A stretch of 64,000 nucleotides of DNA from Callorhinchus milii. Its lineage: Eukaryota. Position 1 is the first letter of the stretch. Every line of letters starts with the position of its first letter. The translations under genes and the position numbers were made by a program. The stretch is from the NCBI RefSeq assembly GCF_018977255.1, contig NW_024704756.1, forward strand, positions 1 to 64,000, written 5' to 3'. The notes below the pieces were generated by a model. The model saw only the letters and a list, made by a program, of their open reading frames with translations. It had not been told where the DNA came from and made no database searches. Below are positions 12,201-27,038 of this stretch, in pieces.

Positions 12201-12928
12201 CTCCACCTTCGTCTCCGTCTCCCACTCTTCTCTCACCTCCATCTGGTCTAAAATGAAACCTGTCAGACAAGTCCTGGATGAGATCTAACATTTTCCATTT
12301 GAATGTCAAAAAGACCGAGGACTTCCTGCTTTTCTCCTGTAAGCGCCTCTATATCTCACGCCCTGAAATCAGCATCACAGAGTCACACTCCTACTCTTAC
12401 CCTTCCTACCCTCCACTCCTCCTGATCCCAACCCCCAGATCAAGTCTAATTCCTAATTGTACAGTGCTTTGGGACATTCTCCCCCCAAAAATCGATTACA
12501 TCTATTATGATCATTTGGGTTACTTTTTATTCAGATGACCACTGATCTATTTTGTGTGATAAGCAAGATCTCCTTGGAGCTGAACTGCCTGCAATGTGAC
12601 ATACCTGGCAAAATAGGAATCAAGCCAGCCCTTTGTGATGGTCTCAGGATTCCAGTTCCTGATCCAAGTGGGTCCGCAATATTCCAAGGCACTGCAGATG
12701 ACATTACTGACAGTCAGACTTATCGACAGGGGTACAAAACTACCATGGCTTTGTTGGCTCCAAGCAATTCAGTATTGTGAAACACTTTCGTCAATAAAAA
12801 GCAATTCAGTGTGTGAAAAATTTCCACTGTAGAGCAATTCAAGATGGTGACATACTTTCCACCATGAAGGCAAATCATATTTGACAATCTTAATTGAGCT
12901 TTTTGATGATGTATCAGAGAGGATCGAT

Positions 12929-14010
12929 AGAATCATAGAATCATAGAATTATACCGCACAGAAGGAGGCCATTTAGCCCATCTTGTCTGTGCCGGCTATT
13001 TGAAAAGAGCCATCCAGTTAAATCCCACTCCCCCACGCACTCCCCATAGCCCTCCAATCTTGTCCTCCCCAAATAATTATCTGCTTCTCTTTTAAAAGTT
13101 GTTATCGACTCAGCTTCCACCACCCTTTCAGGCAATGCATTCCAGATCTCGAATCTTTTTAAACCGCTTTATCTACCTGTCCTGCCACCTTCAAAGAACC
13201 CCCAGGCCTCTTTGTTCCTTCACCCCCTTTAAGATTGCACCATCAACTTATATTGCCACTCTTTTTCTTCCTCTCAAAATGCATCACTTTTCATTTCTCT
13301 ACATTAAACATCATCTGCCACGTGTCTGCCCATCTTACCAGTCTGCTTATGTCCATTTGCAGTCTGCTATTATCCTCTTCACTGTTTACTACTTTCCTAG
13401 CTTAGTATCATCTGCAAACTCCTTTTTACTAAATTGCAGGTCATTTTTATAGATTAAAAATAGTTTTGATCCCAATAATGAACCCAGGGGTCACCGCTGC
13501 ACACTACTTTCCATTGACAAAAACAACCGTTCACCACTACTCTCTGCTTTCTGTCGCCAGGCCATTTCTGCATCCGCTGCCACTGTCCCTTTAATACCGG
13601 GGGCTTCTATTTTGCTTACAAGTCCCTTATGTGGCATTTTATCAAACGCCTTTTGAAAATCCATATAAACTACAACAATTGCACAACCTTCATCCGCCCT
13701 ATCCATTATTTCATCAGAAAACTATTAGGTTTGTTAGACATGATTTTACTCTAACAAAACCACGTTGGCTGTCCTTTATTACCTCATACTTTCCAAGTGA
13801 AAATTTATTTTGTCCCGGATTATAATCTCCAGAACTTTCCCCACTATTGATGTTTTGCTGACTGGCGTGTAGTTCCCGGGTTTATCCCTCTGCCCATTTT
13901 TGTACAGGGGAGTAACATTTGCAACAATCCAGTCCTCTGGTACCACCCCAGGTGCCAAGGAGTATTGAAAGATTGTGGTCAAAGCCTCTGTTATTTCCGT
14001 AGCTGCCCCT
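12929..14010 (-). mobile_element. CR1 LINE fragment nested in an older CR1
   Basis: VPEDWIVANVTPLYK, VYMDFQKAFDKMPH, ATTCT-type tail; GATA on both flanks. Confidence 0.85.
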
Positions 14011-15118
14011 GATATAGGTGGTGCAGTTGATGTAGTTGTATCGACTTTCAGAAGCCGTTTAATAAGGTACCACATAATAGATGAGGGAGCAGAACTGAAG
14101 CGCAAGGGATAAATGGGACAGTGGCAGCATGGATATAAGATTGGCTGGGAGACAAAGCAGACTAGGACAATGGTTTCCCCCAGGGGTTGGTATTAGGTTC
14201 ACTGCTCTTTTTGATACACATTAATGACTTGGTCTAAGGTATAGAGAGCAACATTTTAGAGTTTTGAGATGACACAAAACTTGGTAATGTAGTAAGCAGT
14301 GCTGGGAATGGTAGCAGACAGTCTAGTAGCAGACTGCAGATGAAATGGGCAGACACATGGCAGCTGATGTTTAATGCAGAAAAGTGCATTTTCGGAGAAA
14401 CAATTGAGGGAGGTAATATGCAATAAATGGTACAGTTTAATGGGTGGTATGGGAGCAGAGAGACATGGAGGGTCACATACATAATTCTTTGAGGGTGGTA
14501 GGACAGGTTGATAGAATTGCTAACAAGCATATGGCTTTTTAAATAGAGTCATACAATACAAAAGCAAGGAAGTTTTGCTTAACCTTTATAAGTCATTGGT
14601 TAGGCATCAGCTGGAACATTATGGCCAATTCTGGACATTGCACTTTAGGAAGGATGTTGAGGCCTTGGAAAGGACGCAAAGGAGATTTACCAGAATGATC
14701 CCAGGGTTGAGGGACTAAAATCTGTGGAGAGGCTAGAGAAGCTGGCATTGTTCTCTTTAGAGCAGAGAAGTTTAAGGGAGGATTTAGAGGTGTCAAAAAT
14801 TCTGATAGAGTAGAGTGATAGTTTTTCCACTGCGGTTCGTCCATTAACCAGACTACATAGATTCAAGATAAGTGTCAAAACAAAATGAGGACATTTTTTT
14901 AAACAGCGATTCGTTACCATCTGGAAAGCATTGCCTGAAAGGGTATTGGTAAGAGATTGTATAACAAGTTTCAAAAGGAAATTAAGTAAATATTTGAAGA
15001 GGAAAAATGTGCAAGGATGTTGGGAAAGAGCGGCGGAGAGGGACTAATTCAAAGAGCTGGCAGAGTCACAATCAGCCAAATAACCTTCTTCTGTGCTATA
15101 ATATTCTGTTATTCTATG
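14011..15118 (+). mobile_element. CR1 LINE 3' fragment (5' part continues at about 12870-12928)
   Basis: AVDVV-DFQK-FNKVPH, PQGLVLG and LEKLALFSLEQR-like segments; TATTCT tail. Confidence 0.8.
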
Positions 15119-15229
15119 ACTTGCTGCTCCAGTGCACAACCTTCCATTCCACACTTCTCATTGGCATTTGGCGAACCAATGACTCCTAGGACCAGTTTTG
15201 TGTGACTGGTTCTCTGTCAGTGGGATATA

Positions 15230-15900
15230 AGGGGAGGGGAGGCTGTGTCTGTCAATATCTGTGAGGGGACGTGTCTATTAGTGTGAGTTAGGAGATGCTG
15301 TGCTTGTCAATGTGTATGAAGGAGGCTCTGTTTGTCAATTTGTGTGAGGGGAGGGGAGGCTGTGTATTTCCATGTGTGTGAGGGGAGGCTGTGTATTTCC
15401 ATATCTGTGAGGGGAGGGGAGGCTGTGTATTTCAGTGTGTGTGAGGGGAAGGGAGGCTGCGTGTGCCTGTGTATGTGAGTGAAGGCCATGTTTATCAGTG
15501 TGTTTGAGGGGGGAGGCTGTGTGCGCATCTGTGTCTGTTACAGGAAGTTGTGTTTATCAGTGTGTTTGAAGGGAAGCTGTATGTGTCAGTGTGTGGGAGG
15601 GGAGGCTGTATGTGTCAGTGCGCTTAAGCGCTCTGAGACGCTGAACTGGGGGTGGACGCTATTTAAGTGCAAGTTGTTGTTCTATTGAGGGAAGGCTGTG
15701 TGTGTTAATGTGTTTGATGGGAGGCCGTGTGTGAGTGAGTGTGTGTGAGGGGAGACTGTGTGTATCAGTGTGTGTGAGGTGATGGTAGGCTGTGTGTGTA
15801 TTAGGTTTGAGGGGAGGCTGTGTGTGTGAGTGTGTTTGAGGTGAGGTGACGTTTCCCCTTACACACATACACTCCAGAGCTCACTGTTTGACACACATTC
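15230..15900. repeat. Degenerate GT/GA-rich minisatellite
   Basis: Recurring GGAGGCTGTGT...GTGTGTGAGG units of about 30 bp. Confidence 0.8.
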
Positions 15901-16205
15901 ACACCCTTTTGCACACTCTATGTTTTGGCAACCCACAGCACAGATGCTGGACTTCAGGATTACTTGCTGGGTGGCCGCCAATTCCCTTTGTGCTTCCCTC
16001 CTACACGGTCCACAATGCCACACAGCTTAAGCTTTTCTTATTCCTATTCTTATTATTATTGCCAGGTAACGATAATAATCCTTGCATTTGATAATCACCT
16101 TATCATGTCTTCAAGAACATCTCAAAGCAAATCACAGAATATAGTGTAAAGTGAGTTGACTATATATTTTGTGGATAGAAAAGGGAAATGTATGTCATCT
16201 GATAC

Positions 16206-17110
16206 TTACGGCTTATTACACGTAACCATCAGATTCCAAGGATATTTCACCATGTGCATCAACTGTTGCCTGAACTGAGTTTGAGTCACGGCATAAATGC
16301 ATGTATTAGTGCAGGTGCCCAGGAGCTGCAGTAAGTAGGCGCTTTCCTGCGTGATGTACACAGGATCCTTGGGGCCCGTGTAAGTATATGTTTTTGTAAT
16401 CCGCCAGTAGAAGAAGAACACAATGTGAGTCAGCCAGAGCAACACGAAGCAGCCGGTTATGGCGAAGAGCAAGACTATAGATCTTCTACGGTTTTCTATC
16501 TCTGGGTCCTTCTGGTTCTCCCCTCTGCTCTGCCCACGGAGTCGTTGGCGCACATTACTGGCCAATATAATGGATCTGACAGTCAGAGCGTTCAGCAGGA
16601 CAATCAGACCGAAGGGAAGCAAAGGGGTGAAGATAACATGGAACCATTCAAAAGCCGCCCAGGCCAGTGAAGTGTAGAAATTTTCCATCTTCTGACACAT
16701 CCATGGGATATTGTTGCTTATGAATACTGGCTCTTGGACGAAGAGCCAGGGAATGTTTTTAACGCCACTTAGCAAACACACTGTGGTTATCACAATGGCC
16801 GCCATTCTCTCATGGCAATATTTAACTTTTAGCTTTGGGCAACAAATGGCCACAAATCGATCAAATGTGAAAGCCACGGTTAACCAGACAGAGCCATCCG
16901 TGGCGGAGTAAATCAGAGCCACTCTGAGTGTACACACCGCGGTGATGTACAGAAAGCTGCGAGGGAAATAAAGCCCTCCAATGCGATTCAATATCACGTC
17001 AACCAACAGCACAAAAAAATCTGCTGCCGCCATGGCCACCAGATAGCGGGTGATACATTTGGACAGACCACACTTTCCCTGAGATAGGATGGCCATTGCC
17101 AACAAGTTGA
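16206..17110 (-). CDS. Orphan class A GPCR, GPR139/GPR142-like, exon 2
   Basis: Open frame with hydrophobic helices, YLVAMAAAD, FTFDRFVAICC, LLPF, NTCIY. Acceptor ttttccag at 17111; phase 1 joins exon 1 to give a 324-aa protein. Confidence 0.93.
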
Positions 17111-18479
17111 CTGGAAAACAAAACAAGTCAACAGAAAGTCAAAAATATTGATAAGTACAATAATATAATAATATAAGTACAATAATAATAATATAAGTAC
17201 ATGATAAGTATATTGATAAGTGAATATCGTATTCACAATTGATTCTGCCCCTCAATGTCACCGAAGATAAATGGGTTGAATATTTTCATACCTATCAAAG
17301 CTCCTTCTCATTGAAAGGACAATTTCTGACAATCTCTGACAATTCAACACATTCTGAGCATTACATATTGGAGTGTCAGGTTACATGATGAGCTTCCAAA
17401 CCCTGAAACCCTGACTCACGTTGTGTCTGATTCAGAGGCAAGAGAACTTGAACTAAGATAGACTGACACTCGATGTAAAACTACTACATCCTAACTAAGA
17501 CCCATCAGCGCCATATTCTTCAATGGAGCTATCAATCCAGCAAATGTTTAATAAATGCAATCCAGAATTCAACATATTTCTTTGCTCTACTGGTGGGGTG
17601 ACTTTTCACAATTGAGTTTTCAATTCTACATATCCTTTTGAAAACAACCTCATCAGTTTACAATAACTTCAGAAGGAACCAAGTAAAGATCACGAAAGGC
17701 TACAAAAAACTATTGATTAGAATATGGAATTTCATTAGGTAAATTACAAGTGAGACACAGTTCAGCAATACCATTAAACAGGAATTACATGTTGCAGAAA
17801 CATGGATGTTAAGCTGTAAAAAGGCATGCCCAGTGCACTGCTGTAGCTGTTGTCTTTCACACATGCTGTTAAGGTGAGTTCATGTACATTTAAAACCTCT
17901 ACAACACCATTTTTAAAAAAGGAACTTGATCTACAATCCTCCAGATAAAGCAATGGGTAATTATTTTTTAGCATCTTCAAAATCCACTTCCCCCCTCCAT
18001 CATTGCACTGGGTACCAATTGCAGAACGGAGATTTGGATAAGACATTAAACAGAGGTCCTATCCGAATGTTCAGGTAGATGTTAAATATCCCATAGTGCA
18101 ATTCAAAGTGAGAATGAAGTTTCTTCTAGTGTCCTGGGCTACAATCCTCTTATGCATACAGGTTTAATGTGCCCATAAGTAACACCACTTTACAGTGTTG
18201 GGCTTAGACGCGTCCTCCTTTAAGCAGATTTTTTTAAAGGAATGTCCCACCAAAACCCCCACAGTGCCATAAAATGAAGCAAGTGTCCATCTTTATTTGG
18301 GGATTTGTTCTATTTTCGAACAATGCCATGAGATCTATAACGTCCACTTGAACAGGCTGATGGGACCTTGTTTAAATGTCTGATCGCATGAGACATCCGA
18401 CAGCACATCCCCATCACAGCACTGCAGCACACACACTACTGAACTTGAATGTCAGCCTAGGCTTGATACCTAAGTACGC

Positions 18480-19040
18480 AAACGCCCTGATTGTCAACCT
18501 CCCTAACTCCACACTCCATAGGCTGCAGATCATCTACAACTCTGCAGCCTGTGTCTTCTCCCGCACCAGGATACTCAGCCCTGACATGCTATCCTCGCCC
18601 AACTCAATTTCCCATCACACAGAAGATACAGTTCAAGTTCCTGGTCCTCACCAACAAAGCCTTAAATGGCTTTGCTCCCCCCTACCGCTGCAACTCCTAA
18701 ACTCCCTAACAACCTGCCCCTACCGCCGCTTAGCGGGCTATGGCCTGCTTCATGTCCACCTCACCCACCCCTCCATTGGATTGGCAGACCTTCTGCCACT
18801 CTATCAATACCACCTGGAACTCCATTCCACAGTCCCTCTGCCTCATTGTCTCCCCTAACTCCTTCAAGACCCATATCAATACCCGCCTCTTCGACCGGGC
18901 CTTCAGTCACCCTCCTTCCTCCTCTTCTTCCTCCATGATCCCAACCCCCAGGTCGGGTCCAAAACACTGTCAGTCCAGCTCCTTGATATGTCCTTCTGAT
19001 GTGAAAAGCGCTATATACAAATTTGATTGTGTTGTTGTTG
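18480..19040 (+). mobile_element. L2 LINE 3' fragment in the GPCR intron
   Basis: NALIVNLPNSTLHRLQII, IQFKFLVL, 3' stem-loop tail and GTT repeats. Confidence 0.75.
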
Positions 19041-19294
19041 CTAGTTTTCCAATGAGATGATAAAGCGATCTACTTGATAAAATAGACCTATTCACTGGTC
19101 ATGGCTGTTTTGGGGATGCTGCTCTGTGCAAACTGGCTGCTGCACGTTCTTACAAATATCAAGGCTCTGCAATTCACAAATAAATCGCATTGAGAACACT
19201 CGCTCAAATATGTTGGCCAGGGGGGTTGGCAATCAAGTATATTATTAAAATTGATAATTCTTCACACATATACTAGATGTTGTTACCATCTTAC

Positions 19295-19364
19295 CAGGGA
19301 TGCCAATGGCTGCAAGAATAGGATAGCAAATTGCGTACGCACGACCTTCTGTTGGTTTATGCAT
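19295..19364 (-). CDS. Orphan class A GPCR, exon 1 (MHKPTEGRAYAICYPILAAIGIP)
   Basis: ATG at 19364, donor G|gtaag, supplies the first half of TM1; 70+905 = 975 nt, in frame. Confidence 0.85.
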
Positions 19365-21015
19365 ATCGAGAGATATTTGTATCATACAGCTGTGCTGTGA
19401 GACAACCTGTGATAAAATCAGAGGCCTTTTATTTGTACCAGAATAAAACCTCTGAGATATTAAAAAAACTTGCATCATCATGGTATCAGCTGGAGTCTGT
19501 TAACAACAACAAATTTACATTGAAATAGAGTGGATGATGTCCCAAGGCACTGGCCACTCTAGGGACATTAAACCAACTTCATGTTTGAGCATGCTTTTCT
19601 ACAGAATTAGAGAAATAAGGCACAGATCAAGCAAACTCTCTCCCTCAAGGGTAAACAGGTGCTATCTGTCCCACTGGAGCTCCCCAGTTAGTGCTACATA
19701 CTTTACTCATATTCATTTGTTCTTAAACCATTGTTTCTTTACTTACATTAGCTTCACAACAACAATCATTTCCCCCAATGCCTTGAGACTGGAGAAAGGC
19801 AGATGCTACTTCAAATTTTAAAAAAAGTTAACAGAAGTGACCCAGGATCAACAGACCAGTTACGTGTAGGTGACCTTATGGAGATTCATATAAAAAAAGA
19901 TCATGGAGCATCTGGACAGTAACAAGATCATAAAAGATTGCCAATATTGGTTTATGAAGTGGAGATCCTGCCAATCTAATTTACTGGTTCCCTTTGACTA
20001 CGTTTAAAAGTAGCTTGATAATAGTAAAGCAGTGGATGTTGTATACCTGGATAGAAAGGCATTCGATTGAAGGGGAATGAATTCAGCCCAAATCTGCAGA
20101 AACACTACTTCAGTGAGCGAGTAGTGAACTTATGGAAAAGGCTCCCAAGGGAGACAGTAGAAGCTAAAAATTTCATTTGTTTCAAGGATAAATTAGATAG
20201 ATTTCTGCTATAAATTAATACCTTTGGATTCAGTATAGTTTGGGGTATGACATATCAAGCAACTGCTAGGATGGTGGAAGGCGATCTAGTTGAATCTGGT
20301 CTTCTTTCACCAAACAAATTCTTATGTTCTTCTGAAACTACCAATGCGCGTAGTGAGATCCGAGTTCGTGAATTCACATTCACATTACCCGGTAAACTGA
20401 AAAGTGAAAGGGCGCAAAACAAATTAAATATTTTGTTCTACGTATAGGATTTTTATCAAGTCCTAAAAAGAGCCACCAAATATTTAACCAATATAAAGAA
20501 ATTCATGAAAATATCAAGCCTTGGCAGCTGTTGCATAAGAGATTAAAGTAGTTTAATCACTGTCTGATAGTGATTCACAGTCTCTGTATTCCTCAAGTAA
20601 GCATTATAATAAAAGTAACTGTGACCATTTGGGAAACCTTGCTGTGTGGCGTGTCTCCATGTTTCTGCATTTGAAGAACACGCACAACTGGTTATTTCCA
20701 GACTGTTGATATCTTCAAATGAAAATGAAACTACAGAGGATTGTGCAGTTTGTTCTCTATGCACACACTCTTTGGAACTCCATCCCACAAGTGCCTTTGC
20801 CTTGCTTCCTCCATTGCCTTCGTCAAGCACATCTCAAAACCCTCCTCTTCAATTGCACCATTGGTCAACCTCCTACTCCTACTCTCTCTGCCCTCCACCC
20901 CTCCTGCTCCCAGGCCCCTGCTTGGGACCAATACGCTGACTGCCCAGTACCTTGGACCTGCTATAGATCTGCTATAGGCGCTATAGAAATTTAATGTTTG
21001 TGGTTGTTGTTGTTG

Positions 21016-21086
21016 AATTCTAGTGTGTAATGTTGAGCACTACAGACACTGAATGCAACAATCCCAGTTCAAAACTTGGTGGACCT
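21016..21086 (+). pseudogene. Decayed tRNA-Gln(CTG)
   Basis: GTGTAATGTTGAGCAC...CTGAAT...AGTTCAAAACTTGGTGGACCT aligns to the vertebrate tRNA-Gln with many mismatches. Confidence 0.6.
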
Positions 21087-21671
21087 TTGCTTATTTGCTT
21101 ATCCGGGTTTTCATCCAAGGTTTGTGGAATATAGGTAACATGTCTGATTCTAGGTCAGACCATTAAATGCTTTGCATAATACCAATCCTTTGGAGGTTGC
21201 AACAGAATGCAGAAGAAAATGTCAAACCTCACAATTGGAAAGCTCAAGAAGTGAAGATTAAATTACATATCAGACTAAGATCTATCATATTAATTTCCCT
21301 GCAAATTCTGGACATGACAAAGCAGGATGAACACATACACGCTGCAATGCTAGGTCTACAACCGTCACCAGTACCTCAATTCACAATTGTTTCTCCACCT
21401 GCCATTTTGAGCAATGTTATAAATTAAGAAATAAGGTTTTTCAAGTACACTTTTAGTGTACTTGATTCCCTCTGAAAATGTTCTTGTCCCTACCCCACAC
21501 ACTCTGCTATTCCCACTCTGTTCTTCTCTCCCACCACACTCATCGCCTTCTCTCTCACCTGAACTACACCATTGCCTCCCTCTGCTCTAGTACATCCCCT
21601 GCAGACCATTGCAGCTCCTGGTGTCAGTTGTCCCAGAGTAGGCACCCCAATTGTCTCATTGTTCACTCCCT

Positions 21672-21996
21672 GTGGAGTCCTGTAGCTCAGTGGTTAGAGC
21701 ACTCGCTTTTCAAGTGAGAGACCTGGGTACGATTCCTGGCAGAGCGAAACCTTGGGCAAGTTTCCTTACTCCACACACCTTATGATAATCCCTCCAAAAA
21801 ACATAAACAAAAATAAAAAAAATGGTCATTTTCAATCCATCACTGTTTGTGGGACATTGCTGGGCGCAATTGGCTGCCGCGTTCGCCCACAAATATACAG
21901 TCAATTCACTTTACAGTGTGTTCTGTGAAGCGCTTTAGGACGTCCTCCCGACGTGAAAAGCGCTATATCAAATGCAAGGATTATTATTATTATTAT
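21672..21996 (+). mobile_element. tRNA-derived SINE, full length
   Basis: Same family as 5887-6205. Confidence 0.92.
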
Positions 21997-23318
21997 CCAC
22001 CATATTTTCCGCCCTTCTCCCTGAGTCTCTCACAAACTCCCTCTCTTCCTCTGACCTCCTCTCTCGCTGGGCCTCCAACTGCAGTGATTCTGATGCAGCT
22101 GGCATTCCCTACATGAACCTCTCCAATCCACTTTCCAACCAGCCAACAGGATCTAGACTGCTCTCATGAAAGTCACCAGTAAAATTCTCTCCATCAGTGA
22201 CAAAGGCTCCCCCGGGCTCCTTGGTATCATAGTTCTCTTCGCTCTGGACATTGTCGACCTGTTCCCTATCACCTCCCCACTGAGTTCTTCCTTCATAGAT
22301 CTGCACTATCCTGCTTTCACTGTTACCCAGCCCATTTTCTCCATGTTTTCTCTTCTGAAAGCTTCACCTAGCAGCCGTGCACAATCACATGCAACTCCCT
22401 TATTCTTGTTCTTCTTTTCTTCAGTAACAATATGGTCTCACTGATTGATATCTCCTGCAGCCCTCAGGTTACCTTCCACATGTATGCGACTGACACCCAA
22501 GCATATCTCTGCCTACACCAGCGATTCAGTGACTGCTGCTATTCTGAACCATTAAACATCTAGTCCCATATGGCCTTTAGACAAACTTCAGCAAGACGCA
22601 AATGTCCCCTGGCAGTGGTGGGAAATGCTTTGAGATGCCTTCTCAAAATGAAAGAAATTATGTAGAAATCATTTTTTCTTGTATTGTAGGTTACTTTGGA
22701 AGCTATTTTCCACAAGTCTTTAAAGAAAGCAATTTCACCTTAAATACAATATTACATTAATTTTCAATTTGGGAGAATGTGGCAAAACCCTGAGCGATAC
22801 TGACTGGTTGCCCAAGCTTTGGATTGTAGCTGAGGGGGCGGGAAAAGAAAAGATGATCCTGGCACTAGCAAAATGATAGTTCTTGAGACAAGCCTTGAAT
22901 AAGGTAATCTGGATTGTGAGTCAAAACAACTGTGGGACGTAGTTAAATAGATATTTGGGGTTGGGGGGGGGGGGGGGGGGCGGTGTTGCGGGGGGGGGAG
23001 TAGGATGGTTGGAAGCCCCAGTGTAATGTGAGTAATGTAAAGCAATTGAAGTTGACTGGTGATTCTTGAGGGTAGGGAGTACCTTGTCGGTTGGATTTCT
23101 GGTTGTGGCAGAAATACGGGGGTGTGGGGGGGAATACTATGATCCGCAGTGGGGCAGATAGCCAAAGGAGACCAGTTAGAAGGTGGGTTATAGGCTTGCC
23201 GAGAATTGTGTACAAAGCACATGAGCTACCAAGATCTGGATATTCTGCGAATTGCGCAGGAAAGGGCAGGAAAGCCCACAATCATAACATTGGTGTGTCA
23301 TGTCGATGTGCAATACAC

Positions 23319-23518
23319 TGTTGGGATTTCCGATCCCGTAGTTCGAAATATGACTCGACAATCTAATTATGGTGCAGCAAGGTTTAGTGAACACAGTGAA
23401 CACATGCATTAACAAGTTACTACAAATGCCTAACAAATTATACTACCAGTCTTTGAAGACAGTCACACAACGTCACGGAACACCTTCCTTGTGATTCTTA
23501 AAGGGCCCTCTCCACACT

Positions 23519-23564
<46 letters not shown>

Positions 23565-24112
23565 CTTCCTGTTCTTCTAACTATTCTCACCTAGATTGCC
23601 ATAGTTATACCCTTTTTCCAATTGTCCTTTCTAGGGCCCCTCTACCCACTTCTGATACAGTCACGTACTCAGGTTAATCAACCATTTGGCTTGGTGCCGG
23701 CCTGACTGAGTCTCCATGAGGTCTTCCCTTTGTCCTGTCTAAGATAGGAGATCAGTTTAGGGCTGTATCTGGTGCTTGTTATTTTGTTATGTGAGATCAT
23801 TAGTATATTCCTTTTAAGTGACTGGTTATCTCTTATCAGTATCTCCCGGGATGGTACCAAAGTCCTCCAGTTTAAACAACTTGATTAGTTGCTATTCTTG
23901 AGGGTTGCTTTCTGTCACTTGGTCCTGTCAGAATCTATCGCTAAGTCGATATCCGGTGTCGACTGGTACCTTGTTGTGATTTACTGATCTTGTTATTCTT
24001 TCAGAAACAGAGAAAACCAGATGTGTTCTATCCCATGACTGTCAATACTTTCTCCATTCTACATTTGTTTAATGTTTCATTATTATTAGACGACAACTTC
24101 TATAATCTAACA
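23319..24112 (-). mobile_element. Solo LTR related to the LTRs at 47583 and 49525
   Basis: 23740-24040 aligns with 47680-48040 in reverse complement; TGTT...AACA termini; contains (TC)n at 23521-23562. Left boundary less certain. Confidence 0.7.
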
Positions 24113-27038
24113 CAACAACAGTTTAAAATTATATAGCATCCCAGAGGGCTGACATTGGCAGAGCACAACGTGAAGTTGAAGAAGAACGTCTTCAGGCACG
24201 ATATGAAGATGGGGAAGGAATGGGCAAGGGTGCCCCACAGTTACGAGGCATTGTAGCTGAATGGTGGAATAGAAAAGGAAAAAGCAGGAGGCAGGAGCCA
24301 GCTGTGAGGAGGGAACGAGTAGTGGGTTGGGAAGTAGACAGGTTGGAGAGAAAGGGAGATGTCAGGGTATGAAGGGATTTTAAAACTAATGTGACGATCT
24401 TGAAATTGATCCGTTCAGGGATTGATAGCCATTGGAGCTTGGCTGGAATTGGGGTGATAGGGGTATGGAGTTCAGTGTGAAAGGGAGCCAGTGGAGTCTT
24501 ACGAAGACTGGTGTGATAAGGGAACTGAGTTTAATAAAGATGAGTATGCGGGTGGCAGATTGTTGGATTAGCCGGAATTTATGGATAATAATAATCCTTG
24601 CATTTGATATAGTGCCTTATCACATCTTCGAGACGTGTCAAAGCGCTTCATAGAATATATTGTAAAGTGAATTGACTGAGTGTTTTGTGGGTGAAACCCG
24701 GCAGCTAATTGTACATGGTGGTGTCTCACAAACAGTCGTGGATTGAAGTAACCAATTAATACTATTATTTTGAAGGAATTATTACCCCTGGAGAAGCGAT
24801 CAGCCAAGCTTCTAACTGGAAACCCAAATGACAGATAGTATACAGATATTGATACATCAGGACCTGGATGAGCTCAAACTTCTTACATCTAAATGTCAAT
24901 AAGACGGAAACTATGCTCCCATAAATGTTTTCTCTACCGCTGACAAAACCCTCCTCAACCTCTCTGCCTATTTCACAGACTCACCAAACCGGTGTACAAC
25001 CTAAGCGTCAGGATTGATCCACTGGTGTCCTTCTTACTTTGACTGCCATCCTCCACATCAGCCACATTGTCTGCCTCCGACTGTACCTTACCCCAGACAC
25101 AGCTGAAACACTCTTGCATGCGTTTGCCAACCTCCGTGCCCCCCTATCAACAGAACTTGTTAACTGACAAGTCCACTGACACCGCGCCCATTCCACTAAA
25201 GACAGACCTCCATGGTCTTGCTCCCGCCATCTTCCGACTTCATAACCCCACATCAGCCTGTCCGCACTCTCAGCTCAGTAAACACTGACCTGAAGCAACA
25301 CTGACCTGCTTCAGGTCCCCAGCACTTCCCACCCTGCCGCTCCCCCCCCCCCCCCCCACCCCGTCCAACCTCCCCGACCCCAAACCCCAGTTCGGGTCCG
25401 AAACTGTCTGCCCAATGCTTTGGGATGTCCTTAATTTTGTTGTTTGTTGTTGTTGTTGAAGTTCAGAATTTTAAACATAGAGAGGCAGCATCTGAAATTA
25501 ACGGGAAATCCAATTGACAGAGTAAAATATTTTGCAGACTGCTTTTCCGTCACTTGCTTACTAATTCCTGTTTTGGTTCTTGCTTCATTCTTAGAATTTG
25601 CTTTGAAGGAGATCTGGGTTCGATTTTTCATCAAGGCATGCATCATTTTAGCAAATCCATCAATAATTTGGTACCCTATTTAAGCGATATTCAAAGAAAA
25701 CCGCTTGGCGCTGCAAAAGAAAAAAGGCAGAAATTATACTTGTTGAGCACTTTTTGTACTGCCTTGCTTCATCGCTACAAGCGTCTGTGGTTCTTCCTTT
25801 CTTTTTCGTTGAAATTCACTGACTTTCTATTTCATTCCTTCAATGTGCACTCGGAAAATTCACAGTTGACATTTTGAAAGCAACCAAATAACTTCAGGAT
25901 TGGATTTCAAAAGCGCACCATTAATTAATTGCAAGTTGTTTCTGCTGCAGTAGTTGGAAACGTCTTTGCAAGATGCATGACATACGGTGAAGCATTCCTT
26001 ATGTTCATAATGCGGAAAATCAGTAAGTATTCAACGCGGTAGGCAATTGCGCACAGCAGTGTCCACAAACAGTCTTAGATTGAAAGATCATTTTTTAAAA
26101 GAAAATATATACATTTTAGAAGGAATTATTCCCCCCAGAAAAGCTATTTATCAATCGACTAATGCGCAGGTTCAAACTTATTGCTAGGTAAACAGAGGCC
26201 TGTGGAGTAAGGAAACCTGCCTAAGGTTTTGCCCTGTCTGGGATTCGAATCCAGGTCCTCCAGCTTCCGAGACGAGTGCTCTAACTACTAACTTAAAGGA
26301 CTGCCAATCCCTGTGATAGATTGTTGGAATGGAATTCGCACTCTCTCCCTGGAGGGATGCATCCTGCCGAATGGGACCCAACAGCCAGTGATGCTATTAC
26401 CTACTTGCCTCATGGACAAGGGCAAGACATGGCCGCTGTATACTCATTATCTTCACAGGAATTCATCTCACATTTATTCCACATTTGGATTCGTAAGGTC
26501 CACCTCAATTTACTAAGCCTTCATTGGCAATAACAACAAACTGCATTTAGTTAGTGGCTTTCACGTAGAATTTGAACCCTTAACAGCAGAGTTTGAATCA
26601 GAACCGTGGAGGCAATGATCAAAAGGTCTTTGGATGCGATCTGAAGACTGGCGGAGGGAGGGGGGTGTGGAGGGTAGTCAAGGCGGAGGGATTAAGGTAG
26701 GGAGTTCCATAGTTTGTAAGCATAGTGGCTGAAAGCAAAGCCACTGATTGTGGTATGGGGGTAGTGGTGAACTTGGGATATGCAGGAAGCTGAGGCCAGT
26801 AGTTTTGTGTGTAGGGGGTAGAGTTGTTAGGTGTAAGCAGCTGGGAGACATCGGGCGATGACAGGGGAGAGAGATAGAGAAGTGCTACCGTCCCATCAAA
26901 AGAAGGGAAGTGCATTGGAAACAATATTGTTGAAACGTGCAAAGGACTAAGAATCCCCAAACTATAAGTTCATCACACATTTGGTATACAGAAGAAGATC
27001 TGGTGAAATTCTACGCATTCAAACAAAGTTTGTGAAGT

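Noticed and set aside
11007-12300. 170-aa ORF and neighbouring short ORFs
   Set aside because: No recognisable domain; the pyrimidine-rich sequence looks like old LINE debris, as do most short ORFs in the track.
12929-15118. Double-tailed CR1 or inversion
   Set aside because: The plus-strand CR1 RT continues across the insert (ERID..GGAVDVV) with GATA on both sides, so this is simple nesting.
21672-21745. SINE heads as tRNA-Ala genes
   Set aside because: They continue into the SINE body and tail and lack a proper acceptor stem.
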